This document shows, piece by piece, positions 39,201 to 51,976 of a stretch of DNA of 64,000 nucleotides. The notes under the pieces are model-generated. The model ran no database searches. It worked only from the letters and a program-made list of their open reading frames with translations, and had not been told where the DNA came from. This stretch comes from Macrostomum lignano (Eukaryota). A program made the translations under genes and the position numbers. Where the stretch lies: the NCBI GenBank assembly GCA_002269645.1, contig NIVC01000725.1, positions 90,213 to 154,212 on the forward strand. Direction: 5' to 3'. Numbering within the stretch: position 1 is the stretch's first letter; each line of letters opens with the position of its first letter.

Positions 39201-40497
39201 TTAAGAATCGAAGCTGAGCGCCAGACCAAGACGGTGGCCGCCGCCGTTAATGTTCTTGCCGTCAAAGTTGCCGCACAGAGTGACGCGAACGCCGTCGTTA
39301 ACCTTGAAGCTGTAGGCCGAACCAATCATGCTGTTGTTGTCAACCTGTGGGGTGCATGCGGGTAGCATATAGGCACCGCTTCTTAGGCTTTTGTAGGGAA
39401 GCGGTTCTCAGACTATCGCAAGCTGCATCCAACATAACACTCCACAGTTCTCTAATAACATCTTTTTAAATCACCCAGTACGGCTATGGACCCAGGTGTT
39501 TATCCCCCCTGAATTCCCCAATCGATCTTCCTGAATTCCCCAATCTATCTCCCTGAATTCCCCAATCTATCTCCCTGAATTCCCCAATCTGTCTCCCTGA
39601 AGCCCCCCAATCTATCTTCCTGAACCCCCCAATCTATCTTCCTGAAGCCCCCATTATATCCCTTTAAGTCCCTAATCTACCCTACTGAAGCCCTTAGCCA
39701 ATTCCCTGAAGCCATCAGTCTATCTCCCAGATTTCGCAAGCTTTAACCCTTCCAAGTCTCTCATCTCCCTAGAAATCTAAACCAAATCGAACCTTGAACT
39801 TGAAGAAGCTATCGCCCTCCAGCTTATACTTGGTGGCCACGCCAAAATCCGTAGCGTGACTGCTAGACGACCAGCCGAGTTTAACGCCAGTCTCCAACGA
39901 TTCCGACAGTTTCTGGTAGACAGAGCCAGAAAAGTTGGTGCCATTCTCAACTCCGGCATAGAGACAGAAATCCTTAAGCTTATAGGCGACGCCATAGTTA
40001 AGCTTAGTAAGCTTCTGTCGCTCCGTGTCGTAGCCGACATTGACGCCGCCGAAGAAGTTCTGATAGCCGAACACGCCGCTACCAACCAGGGTTGGCAAGT
40101 TAGATTTGAACTCCAGGTCCAAGCCTAGATTAGCGTTGGAAGATTTGAATCCATTCTTCACCTTGGCGCTCTTCTTGCCAGTATTAGGCTCGAAATTGGC
40201 CTCGAGAGAATTCTTCAGACCCTTCACTAGCTTGTCCTCGATGGCCACCTCGGCGGTTACAACATTGCTAGTCTTCCACTTCTCAGTGAATGTGATTCCG
40301 TAGTCTTTGAACACGTATTTAGTCTCCAGGTCGCCGGCGGCACGGCCAGTTTCCATATCGTGATTGCCGGTGGTTTTCAGTTCTACACCGGTTGAAGTCT
40401 TGGACTTGATCTCCGCTTTGACAGACCCAAATGTGTAGTCCCGGCTAAACAGGTCCGAGGCATCCTTGCCAAGATCGCCAAAGCTTGGTGGGGCCAT
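39201..40497 (-). CDS. VDAC: Voltage-dependent anion channel (mitochondrial porin), 282 aa, 2 exons
   Basis: Exons 40497-39793 and 39344-39201, phase 0. Starts MAPPSFGDLGKDASDLF; contains LETKY, TFTEKW; ends VDNNSMIG...NINGGGHRLGLALSF. Confidence 0.97.
39505..39700. repeat. ~21-bp repeat (CCTGAATTCCCCAATCTATCT), VDAC intron
   Basis: Direct reading. Confidence 0.8.
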
Positions 40498-41088
40498 GTC
40501 TACTACGTGTTGCAGTGTCTAGTTTAGATCAGGGGAAAATATAATGAAGTGTCTTCTTCAAAGAGATTGCTGCCAAAGCTGAAGAGAAGTAGAGTGATTT
40601 TAAATACTATTAACTATTGTGTGTCATAACACATCAACCTGAATTTTAATAATGATTCCTGGAATATTAATACTTATACCAATTGTCAAATTTGAGTGAT
40701 CTTTATTAATCATAGAAATATAGCTAGACAGATAGCATATTGAATTTAAAACCAAGAAGTAAATGGCATTTTAGAAGCTTCAGATAATTTTTAAAAAACC
40801 TAGCAGCTTGTACCTTTTCCTTGTATCTTTGCCACATAACCAAAAGGTTCTCAAGCAATCAGTAAATACTATTTTAAAAGAAGTAGTATTATTAGGAACT
40901 TATAAGAACTTAGATACAGAAATTTTACATTTTCTGTCTTTAAAATCATATATTGGGCTTCTAACAAAAACTTATGTTTACAAAGCTATATTACAATCAG
41001 GTATATGCATTTTATTGCTTAAATTATAAACAGAACAAATGAATTAGAACAAAAATAATTTGTGAGTTTTGAGGACCAATTGACGTCA

Positions 41089-42892
41089 GACGTTTATGTC
41101 AGGCGTCACCTCCACAGGGCTCGACAGGGCTCATATGGCTGACAATCAACGCCTTGACTGGTCGCAAGAAGAGAACGGTGCTAAACTTGACTGGCGACAC
41201 GCCAGAAGCGCGCAGAAATGAGCTACGCGATTTCTTTGCCGATATCGTCAATGTGCCGCCAGCGCCTCTGCCAGAAGTGATGCCACTGCCAGTCGAGACG
41301 GCGCTGCTGTTGCAGGAAGATTTCAACAACCAGCCAGTGACCAGCAACGACATTGTGCAGTTTGCTCGCCAGGCGCCAGGAGGTCGCGCCCCAGGACCGG
41401 ACGAGGTGCCTATCGAGGTGCTGCGAGTCACAAGGGTTGCCATTGAGGTGGCTCGTGTGACGAACAGTGTCCTTTCTGGAGATGCCGCACCCCACGAGTG
41501 GACAACCGCGCACATCGTTGCGATCCCAAAGAAGCCAGGCACGACACGGAAGGAGGAGCACAGGGGGATCTCGCTTATGTCCTGCTCCGCGAAGCTGTTT
41601 AACCAGGTGCTGCTGGCTTGGTTACAGCCTGTGCTGGACCAGTTCCTGCAAACTGAGCAGAACGGGTTCCGCCCACATTGCGGCACAGTGACGCAGATCC
41701 TAGCCCTCCGCCGCATCATTGAGTAGGCGCACATCCATCAGTCAAGTCTCGTGGTGATCTTCATTGATTTCCTCAAGGCCTTCGATTTGCTGGCTTGCGG
41801 CGCACTGCCTCTTGTGCTTCGTGCGTACAATGTACCGGAGCAACTGATTTCCGCCATCATGGTGGTGTACCAGGACACAACCGCTTCGGTGATGACACCA
41901 GATGGACTGTCAGACCAATTCAGCACGTTGTCAGGCGTGCTACAGGGTGACACTTTGGCACCTTTTCTGTTTGTGCTGGCACTGGACTGGGTGCTGAGAA
42001 CTGGCCTGCCCAACCTGGATGACGGCTTCTTTTTGAGAAGATGCACAAGTTGGCGGCACCTGGAGAAGCGGCTTTCCATTCTCGGCTACGCGGACGACCT
42101 TGTGCTACTTTTATCGATGGCTGAAGGTGTCCAGCGGCTGCTTGATGGCCTGATGGCGGCAGCATCGCAGGTCGGCCTTAAGCTGAATGCGCAGAAGACG
42201 GTAGTGTTCACAGTGCCCTCCGACTTGCCGGCCGAGATCAATTACCAAGACGCTGCCGGGAATGCATTTATGCTTACCTGCTGCGAGCACTTTGTATACC
42301 TCGGCAGTTCTGTGCCGGATGTTGCCGATGACCTGATGAGGACTGGCCTGGGCCGCATTTCGATCTGTGCACTCCATGCTCCAATCTGAGGCCCTGGACG
42401 ACAGGCTCAAGGCTCGGCTGTTTCAGAGACTGTCCTGTTATACAACACTAAGACTTGGACCCTGACGGACGCCTTGGAAAGGCAGCTGGACGCTGCGCAT
42501 GCGGCAATGCTGCGTGCGGCTTTCGGAGTGCGCAGCGGCCCAGGCAGCGAGACCAATGCTGCGCTCTACACTAGGGCATGCCTGACGCAGCCTTCTGACC
42601 TGTTGCGCGGGCAGCGACTTTGACTGGCTGGCCACGTCATCCGGTTGGAGGCCTGCTGTCCTGAGCCGCTACACAACATGCTACTGCTCAAATTGCAGGG
42701 ACCGCAGAGACGAGGCCAAGGGCAAATGGTGCGATACCCTGACTGACTTTTGAGTGATGCTGGTGCCCCGGACCAAGCAGGGGGATGCGACTTCCTGAGG
42801 GCAATGGCCTAGAGACGCGCTTTCTGACTGCTCCTCCCTTTTTGGCTACTGCATAGCTAGCGGGAGCAGTACCTTGTTGTTGTTATTGTTGT
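41089..42892 (+). mobile_element. 5'-truncated, inactivated non-LTR retrotransposon (RTE/RTEX-like RT domain)
   Basis: APGPDEV, AIPKK, RGISL, QNGFR, in-frame TAG at 41724-41726, IFIDF, GVLQGDTLAPFLF, GYADD, then frameshifts and LLYNTKTWTLT. 3' stem-loop ACTGCTCC (42827-42834)/GGAGCAGT (42863-42870) and a (TTG)n tail. No endonuclease domain; the 5' boundary is approximate. Confidence 0.9.
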
Positions 42893-45177
42893 AATAGAGC
42901 AATAAAAAAGGCACAACAAATCAAAAGATAAACACTAGATCTGCCTCCTATCAAAAGCAACTACAAATTTAGTGTTGAAATAATGAAAATATCCTATCTC
43001 CATGACTCTATAGTGTATTTTTTTAGAAAAAGTGCCTTCAAAAAAATTGCTAAAAAACAAGGTTTCCCATCTTTCTACTTAGGTTGTCCTTGTGATGGTG
43101 ATGACAGATTGGAATATAGCAGCTAGGCCCTACAGGAAATGGTTTCACCGTGGCTGCAACACTGGTGTGATACTTCAGGCATTCTTTTAAATATTATATA
43201 AGTGATGCATCATGTATTGTATATAGGAAATTTAATAGTAGGCCTAATAGTTATTAGTTAGTTCTGAGAGAGAGATGGGGGGCCTCCTAATTACACTACT
43301 AGGGCCTAATTACAACTGTAGGCCTTCATGTAGATTTAGTTAGTAATTCAGCAGATGAAATGGCTAATAGGCTAACATAACAGATGTCTGTTTGCATAAT
43401 GTCTAGTTGACAAATTACCAGACAAAGTGCCAGTTGACGAAATGCCAGTTGACGAAATGTCCTGGAACCAAATTTATAAGTATACAGTAACACAGGCAAA
43501 CCTTTCCGGGACAGAAGTCCAAATATTTAAATGAAGAGGTTTTATACTAGAAAAAGCTTGTTAGTAATGTAAGGCCTTTTCTTACCCTGCTGCACTAATG
43601 AATAAACGCACTAAAATATAAATAAATACAAACATAAGACATGGCAATAATATATATCATCAAATAGTAAAGAGGCTTTTCATATTACCAATTCCAGAAT
43701 TAGAATCGGTTCGGATCTTCCAAGAAAAACAGCAGTATAACTATTTAATTCTGTTGAATGTTTGACTGCCTTAACAACCTCACTTAGCACAATTGTTCAC
43801 TTTCTTCTTGGCGATTTTCATTCAATAATAAAAACTTTATAGCACCTATCTCCCCCTAATTATGGAGACAAAAAGTTATCTCCATATAGTGTACTTCACA
43901 AATTGGTTCTAGTTCTGGAACCAGAACAAACAATATAAATAGGCCCAAAGAGAAATTGCTAATTTCAATACAGTTACTAACTACAAGTACGTAAAGTAAA
44001 TCTAAACTTTATATTATCTTTTTTAATTATTATTAATTGTAAAAATTAGTCCATTACTTGTTTATTTGTTTGAGTTTAAAGTCTAAAACCAACTTTTGTT
44101 GTAACGCCAGACACTTTAGTAAACTTTTAAAATTTATTGAGTAACCATTAACCATTAAACGAGATTTCACTCATGTAGATTTGATATGAACAGGCTCTTC
44201 AGCTCAGGTCTGTTGGACCGACAAGTAATTATTTTTCGGTTTTTCGGTATGTATAATTATAAGCATATTTTTTTCGTCATGACTGATGCATCAAATTATC
44301 AACGTATCTTTTGCCTTAATTTATTGGGCGAGGGACCTACCTATCACTATTTTGCAATTTCCAAAAAATGCAGCCTGAGCCCTAGCCTCTGACACTGTCA
44401 CATTTCATCTAACAGTATCTATCGCGTTGCTTGGCTACTACAAATGTTTAATTAACTTAGATAAGACTCCATATTATCCCTATTTTTGGTCATCTTATTC
44501 TTAATTCTGATATCAAATCTGTTTTAACTTTTTTTATTTTAAAGACTCCTTATGTCCTAATTATTATTATAGTAGGCCCTATTAATTCACTGCTAAATTC
44601 ATTGCGCACGCTAACTGTAAAAATAAGTTATATTGTGGATCATGGCCCATGCACTAAAACATAAAATTTTTAGTTTTTCAATTCCACACCAACATAAATT
44701 TTTAATAATGTACTCCAAGTATAAAGTAGCTTGAAGGCTATTTTTTTAGAGGATATATTTTTTATTTTTAAAAAACTATGAGTAGGGGCCTAATTGTTTT
44801 TGCTAGAAACTATTGTTTGTTTTACGTTTATTTTGAATTTTTCTGGCATAAAAACAAACTTCTGGACTATGAAAAGTAGAACTTGAGTGTACACATGCTA
44901 TATAACCATGTTAAATGCATATAAAAGTCAAATTGTATCTATGATTTGGCAGCAAGCAGCTTCTTGCACAAGCGCATATGATTGGGTGTATACATCTTCT
45001 TTTGGAGTGCATAAGTAAACTCTTTTTCAGCGTATAAGTATGCACAAATTTGATAAATGTGCATAAATGTGTAGCAACTTTTGTGCAAAAATTCCATTTT
45101 GGTCTAGTATTGCATGCTTGTGCATAGTATGCATTAAGGGTGTTGACCAATTTTGTAACAAACAAATTTGGCAATGG

Positions 45178-45657
45178 CCAGGATGGAATTCTTGTATTTC
45201 TTAAGTCAAACAGAATTATGCAATTTTTTTATGGCGCGCAAAATATTTTTTATTGGTCGCATTTTTTATTTTGGTACTTAGCACGTCGCAAAATAACGAA
45301 ATAACGAGACAATAATGAAAAATGCATTCTAAGAAAATGTAGTGATTTGAATTTACGTCCAAATACATATGTTAGAGAATGTTATGAGTTTCTACTTTTT
45401 ATAGAATTTTTTCAAATTTTTACTTTTGTGCCTTATTTAGTTTTTACTTTTTATTCTTTTTTTCTTCGTGATCTTAGCTAGTAGGATTATCTTTTGCAAA
45501 ATCCAATATCTCAAGCGCACTTTTGCATATATTAAGAATTAGCAATTTTGTCTGAAATTCTGCGACGCATTTTTTCCGGATTTTTTGACGCAAAATCGCA
45601 TTTTTTTCTTGCAATCGCATAACGCGTTGTGATTTTTCTGCAAGAATTCCATCCAGG
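45178..45657. mobile_element. MITE, CC...GG termini, 8-bp TSD
   Basis: TIR CCAGGATGGAATTCTTG / CAAGAATTCCATCCAGG (16/17). Perfect TSD GGCAATGG (45170-45177, 45658-45665). Confidence 0.85.
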
Positions 45658-48180
45658 GGCAATGGAGATTCACAATAGAATGGACCAATTTAGTAAAAGC
45701 AAATTTGTCAATAATCTAGGCAAGTTTGGTGACAATTAATTCAATAAAAACAATTGTATATAATTTTGATAAATTTCTTTAATATATTTATATTCTTTAA
45801 TGTATAGGCCTATTAGCTTTCCCTTTTAATTAAGTTTGTTTAATCTATCATTTATCCTTATGAGTTTTAAAATTCCTTTCCAAGAAATGTTAAATAGGCC
45901 TAATTTAAAGTTGGGTGGCCTTATAAACAAAAAATGTTTTGGACTTTGAATTTGAAAAAAAACAAAAATACAATTTTTTCATATGTAATAAGTTCCTTCC
46001 ATTGGTTATAATTTTAAGAAAAAAAATTGCAAACATATATAAAAAAAGACAAAAGTCTCTTATACATCACCATATTCTTAATGTAGGATATCCAATTTAA
46101 TAACACACTTTTTGGTTAAACTTTAAACTTTCACAAGCATTTTAATAAAGCCTTTATTATATATAATTTGCTTTAACTTGTCTTTAGCTACAAAAAGATA
46201 TATTACCAAATTTGCCTAGATTATTGCCAAATTTGTCTATATTAAATTTCTGTTGCCAAATTTGTATGTATCCATGCATCAAAGAGTCAAAAAAGTTTTT
46301 TGATATGCTTTGCACAGTAGTATGGCATATAAATAGTAAGAAATATATAATACCATAGTTAGCAATCTAATAACTATGCCATACAAACTTTAATCCTTCT
46401 AAAAATGTGATATTTGTCACTTTTGAAGGAGTATTGTACATTTATGGCAAGAAAAATAGTAAGTCATATATGCACAACCCTCCTCCCTTGATTTACAATG
46501 GCCATGTGATTTACTTTTTGACCAAAAATGCAACTTATAAAAAAACCCAAAAGCAATAAATAATGCAATTTTGAATAAATGATACTATGATAGAAGCAAT
46601 TACCCTTTTTAAAGCTAAATGCCTTGTCATCTAATTAATACTGTCTGTATTCTCTTAGGTGGCCATTTTTGCAACTTATCCTTTGTCCACCACAATTTAG
46701 TGACTAGATTAGCTAGTTTAGCTAGCAGTTATACATGTAAGCAATAATTACTAACAATAAATATAATAACTAAAAAGCAAAAATTTATTTTAGTTGCAGA
46801 AAAGTAAGCATTTCTATAAGCATTGATTATTTGTAATCTCCCATAAAAAAGTCTAAACAAAAGGTATTTTATTGTTGCAACACCTCAAATTGTAACCCTC
46901 CCCTCAGTATATCAGTGTATTCTCAATGGATTTGATCCAACCCTCCTATGTGCAGCATGCAGAGCAAAAAATTCTCGCATGCAATGCATAATGCATAGGC
47001 CTACTTAGGACTATGCTATAACAAACTGTTTCTAGAGATTAAAGATTATAACTTTTTAAGCATTTATAGAACAAATGATTCTAGTACCCTTATAAATTGG
47101 CACCTTGTAAATTAGTACCAGTCCTTAGGTCTATATTTATTTTTGATGGACCATCATTCTATTATGAATTTCTAATATAGCACTTCTTATAAATTTAGCT
47201 TTTAAGTATTACCACACCTTTTTATAAAATAACACTAATCATATATTATATAATTAGTTTTGGATAACAATCATTTTAATATGAAAACTGCCTTAAAATA
47301 CTTGCATTCCAAAAGTATAGACTATTTATTTTGAAAATAGATTTACACTAAGCCTTAAACCACTTGCACATATGATGTCTTAAAATAAAATGGCCCTACT
47401 GCATGGTCATAGAGGCTTTGGCTTTAATTCTGTACATACTAGTGTAAAAAAAACTGTGGATTACAAAAATGTAATTCTTTTAAGTTATATAGAAATAATT
47501 TTGCTATATAAAAAATTGCAGGCTAGATTTGGCCTGTGGAATGGAGTTTACTGACCCCTAATATAGGCTGCCTGTTTAATTAATGACTATTTAACTTTTA
47601 TAAGCATTTGTCATTTTTGTTTAAATAAAGAACAGAGACAAATTTCAATGGTGATTGTCTATTGAAACTAGTAAATTGAGCAAAGATTATCATCAAAACA
47701 ATTCTCAAAGCTTTAGTTTAGACCTAGTTCTAAAATGGATAAATATCTAGACCTTAGACATAGTCTATAAAGTGGCTTATATGCTAGAAAATTCTGGCAT
47801 ATTTTTGCTCTTGCTATCAATCTTTGCCTACACTTGTATATTGAATTTTTAGGTTCAACATCAGTGTACATAGTTTGCATAAAAATTAGTTTTGGCATAG
47901 GCCTTAGTATATATAGTAAAGAACTCACATACCTATCCATATACCTACCTACCAACAGACCATTTTTAGTTCTTAATTAAGAAGTTAGAGACATTCTCTA
48001 AACATTAAAGATTTAGTATATTTAGATATATAGTGTAGTTAAATATCAATCAAGAGAAAAGCTCTTAAAATAATTAGAAATAATAATAGAAAATAATAAT
48101 ATTGCAACTTACAAGAAAAACAAAAATTAAAAGTCAGACAATATCACCACATTTTCAAGATTTTCAAGACCCAAGATCAA

Positions 48181-48459
48181 CCTGATTGCAGCGCATGGGC
48201 ATTTTGGCGGACGGCGTCCGGCGCGGATCTAATACGGCGCGGCGCGGCGCGTACGGCGCGCGGCGATTAGTACGGCGCGGCGCGGTACTAATTAGATGCC
48301 GAGGCATTTAGGCTTGATAAGACAGTCATAGTTACTCCTGCCGTTTACCCAAAACTGCGTTAATTTTGCTTTAGAGTTTCTTTCATAGGTAAGTCATTTC
48401 ACAGCGTGGCGCAGGTTGTGTAGGCGTCTGGCGTACTTAAGCCATGCGCTGCAATAGGG
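48181..48459. mobile_element. MITE, CC...GG termini, 8-bp TSD; carries a 28S rDNA-like fragment
   Basis: Perfect 14-bp inverted core ATTGCAGCGCATGG (48185-48198)/CCATGCGCTGCAAT (48442-48455), 16/18 over full ends. Perfect TSD AAGATCAA (48173-48180, 48460-48467). Confidence 0.85.
48287..48350 (-). other. Degenerate 28S rRNA fragment (helix 69-71 region), second copy
   Basis: 54/64 ungapped identity to the recalled LSU consensus; colinear with the copy at 437-500. Confidence 0.85.
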
Positions 48460-49628
48460 AAGATCAATACTTTTGAGATAATCAAGATTTGATTGAGATT
48501 TAAGATTAAGCCTAATTGGTATCTACTACATCTAGTATTTACACCATTCTTCTTCAATGCTAATATTTTTATTTGTTAAATGTTTAAAATGAATGATGAT
48601 ATGGAACTAGAAGAAATAGCAAGAATAATTTAATATTAAGCTTGTTAATAACTTTGTGTATTAAATATAAATATGATAATAAGGATCTTGAATTATTAGA
48701 TACATTTAATATTTTAATAAACTGCTAAAAATTCTTAACTTTTTTGAGATCTTGAAATCAAGATCAAGATTGAGAAGAAAAGTGCCAAGATCTTGATGAT
48801 TAAGATTAGGATCTTGTTTGACACCTAGCCTTACAATTCAATAAAACTCTTGTCTCTAATAAATATATTCTATCATACTTTCAACTTTATGCTTGTAAAA
48901 TTTTAGGGGCCTAATTTATATTGGCATAGAATTGAAAAGACTAGAATTTTCACTTTGGCATATTCCTGTCATGATCCAGACTCTGGTATCTATCTAGACA
49001 GCTGCTTGTAGCCACATTTGACTTAGGATCATGCCATATGTGCTAGAAACTTCTAGTGCATATTTGTGATAGCTAATGCACACATAAATCTAGATATAAT
49101 TCCTTGATTTCTCCTTTGCTTACAACTCTTTCTGTCTTCCGACTTAACTTTTCTATCTCTTGACTTGATTGAATAAAAAACTTATAAATAAATGCCAGCA
49201 GAAAAAATAACTCCTCATTTGCTTCATTTTAAGCTTTTAAGAAGGAATTGAGCAATACTTCTTCTGCCTTAGTCATTTAGGGATATAAAAAACCCAAGCA
49301 TTGGGAGAACTCATTCCATTCTTAGAACCCTTGTTACAACTTTGGTGGCATCAGTGAGATAGTTTCTTAAGGATAGAAGCAACAGTACTGTTACACAAGC
49401 TACAGATATATAGGCTTTGCTAAATGCACAAGGATATATGCGATTTCTTAGAAAATCTTATATTTTACAAAATTATTGATATAATGTAGACAAACCATTT
49501 GAGCACCCTTTGAGATGTAATTCAACTGGATAAATTACATAATCTCTCGATTTTTATGATAATGATAATATCAACATTATTTTTTATCCTCCAACTGTTA
49601 GGTAATTTATTCTAAAAATTATTTTCAG

Positions 49629-50942
49629 AAGAGAAAGCTTAGCACCCATCGGCGCAGCGAGTCATCGGCCATCAAAGAGGCCAAGGCCGCTATGAAAGCC
49701 GCCGAAATTGAATCGTCACCAATGGAAACTGATGCAACTGGGCGCTTGATGGAGTCGGATTGTGCTTCCGATCAGCTGCCAGCTGAAGTTGAAGATTTTA
49801 GTCGCCGTTTGCAGATCTGTCTGTCGCATTGTTGCAAATCAATGCCTGGCACTGACAAGCTGGCGTCCTGGCAGGTAGTAGCGCTTTTTTGCTTCAAGTG
49901 TTTCTGTTTGCATTTTCTTTGCTTTCAGCATTGCTTTCACTTCTCCTACTGACCCTTACAGTTGTCAATCATTCTTCCATTTGGCACCGCTACCCCCTCT
50001 CTGATCCTTCAGCTTGACGCCGCTACCCCCTCCCTGATCCTTCAGCTTGGCGCCGCTACCCCTCCCTGATCCTTCAGCTTGGCGCCGCTACCCCCTCCCT
50101 GATCCTTCAGCTTGGCATCGCTACCCCCTCCCTGATCCTTCAGCTTGGCATCGCTACCCCCTCCCTGATCCTTCAGCTTGGCACCGCTACCCCCTCCCTG
50201 ATCCTTCAGCTTGGCGCCGCTACCCCCTCCCTGATCCTTCAGCTTGGCATCGCTACCCCTCCCTGATCCTTTAGCTTGGCATCGCTACCCCCTCCCTGAT
50301 TCTTAGCTGCAGAGTAGTTCGGGGACACAGCGGGGAGGCGAGGGTCGCCCCTTCCGCTACCCCTTATCCTTACTATGTTGCCAGCATTTCAGTTGGCTTT
50401 GTCTTCTAACTTACTGTACTTTCTCTTCATATCATCAACCGCAGGAGAACGGCGGCGCCGGCCTGATAGCTGAACTGGCCTCCTTAATTGCTGAAGGCGG
50501 TGGCGCTTCAGACGGCGCCATACTGTTAGCGGTTCGCCAGCTCAGCACAGATCAGCTGCGCATTCTCTGGGCCTATCTGACCACCCAGCTTACAGCCGTA
50601 GCCTCATCAACGTCCAATCAGTCGATAGACATGGACCTGCTAGTGACCTGGCTTGACCTATTGCTAACGGCCAACTTCACACAGCTTGCAGCGGCCGCAG
50701 GCACAGCCAGACCGTCGCCTGGACCAATCAGCGCCGAGTCCCTAGCCAGCATGTCGGATTTGATTGACAGCCTGGCCGAGTTGCAATTCCAGCACTCCAA
50801 ATTTGAGGCACTGCTAGACGCTTTGCCTATTGTTGTTGAGTCTGGGAGAGCTGATCAACGGACTTCTTCTTTGGGCGCTACTAATAACAGCAACAACAGC
50901 AGCAGCCAATCATCGTATAGTATAGTCAAGGTCTCGCTGTGA
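49629..50942 (+). CDS. NOL11: NOL11-like nucleolar protein, C-terminal domain only; 5' end unresolved
   Basis: Exon 49629-49874 (acceptor TTTTCAG, donor GTAGTA; first ATG 49692) and exon 50445-50942, phase 0. LLVTWLDLLLTANFT and terminal SYSIVKVSL resemble the NOL11 C-terminus (DWI.LLLDANFT; LYSIEVLEL). Confidence 0.6.
49980..50308. repeat. 33-bp minisatellite (GCGCCGCTACCCCCTCCCTGATCCTTCAGCTTG), NOL11-like intron
   Basis: Direct reading. Confidence 0.95.
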
Positions 50943-51549
50943 TTGGCTGAGTTAATATCTCTCTTCCCTCAACCCTTTGAGCCTTCATTTGGTGAATTAA
51001 AATATAAATATCCTAGCGGATATCATAAGCCTCCCTTATTTAGCTCCTGTCCGACTTGCAGTTAAATTCACCCAATTCTTGTCGGGTTCCCTTTGATCTT
51101 ATTTTAATTCACCACTAACGTTTAAAAACCCATTTTACTATTATCGAATAACCACTTGAAGTAGACGACACGGTTGAAATTCTTGTCAATTCTGCGCAAA
51201 ATAGGTGAACTTTTGGCTGTAAGACTAAAAATAGAAGAAAGCAATTAATTTATATTTCCTGACAATTGCCTGTCAGCTTGCAAGGCCCAGCAGCTTCAGT
51301 TTGAATGTTGTTTCGTTTGACGCTTTAATCTGAGTTAGAAAGATCCGATGAAAATAATCGTGATTGAAAGCGTGTTGATCTTAAATAATGAATTTATTTC
51401 AATAGGCCACTAATGTGTGTACATATATTAAAGTGAGCCTGTTATTGTTTGAACAAGTTTGTTCGGCTTCTTTAATTTCGATTTAACTATTCCTGACAGC
51501 AGTTAGCTAGTGATATGGGCTATTATCCAGAGCAGAGCTTTCTTTCTTT

Positions 51550-51862
51550 TGAGTTTAGCGCCGCTACCCCCTCCCTGATGCTTTGAGTTTAGCGCCGCTA
51601 CCCCCTCCCTGATGCTTTGAGTTTAGCGCCGCTACCCCCTCCCTGATGCTTTGAGTTTAGCGCCGCTACCCCCTCTCTGATGCTTTGAGTTTAGCGCCGC
51701 TACCCTCTCCCTGATGCTTTGAGTTTAGCGCCGCTACCCCCTCTCTGATGCTTTGAGTATAGCGCCGCTACCCCCTCCCTGATGCTTTAAGTTTAGCGCC
51801 GCTACCTCCTCCCTGATGCTTTGAGTTTAGCGCCGCTACCCCCTCCCTGATGCTTTGAGTTT
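51550..51862. repeat. 34-bp minisatellite (GCGCCGCTACCCCCTCCCTGATGCTTTGAGTTTA) upstream of RCAN
   Basis: Direct reading; period 34. Confidence 0.95.
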
Positions 51863-51976
51863 ATTCGCTACGTCGAAGTTTAGCAAAGGTTTAGCTGAAT
51901 TCTGTTAGTAAAGTTTATTTGTACTTTTAATTTTATCAAAGAAGAAAAACCCAATTTATTGCATGCAAGCGATGCC

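Noticed and set aside
51040-51100. AATTCTTGTCGGGTTCC and CCGACTTGCA resembling bacterial 23S rRNA
   Set aside because: Short, gapped and in permuted order; compatible with chance.
49980-51862. Repeat-plus-spacer appearance suggestive of CRISPR
   Set aside because: Spacers are identical within each array, the context is eukaryotic and there are no cas genes.
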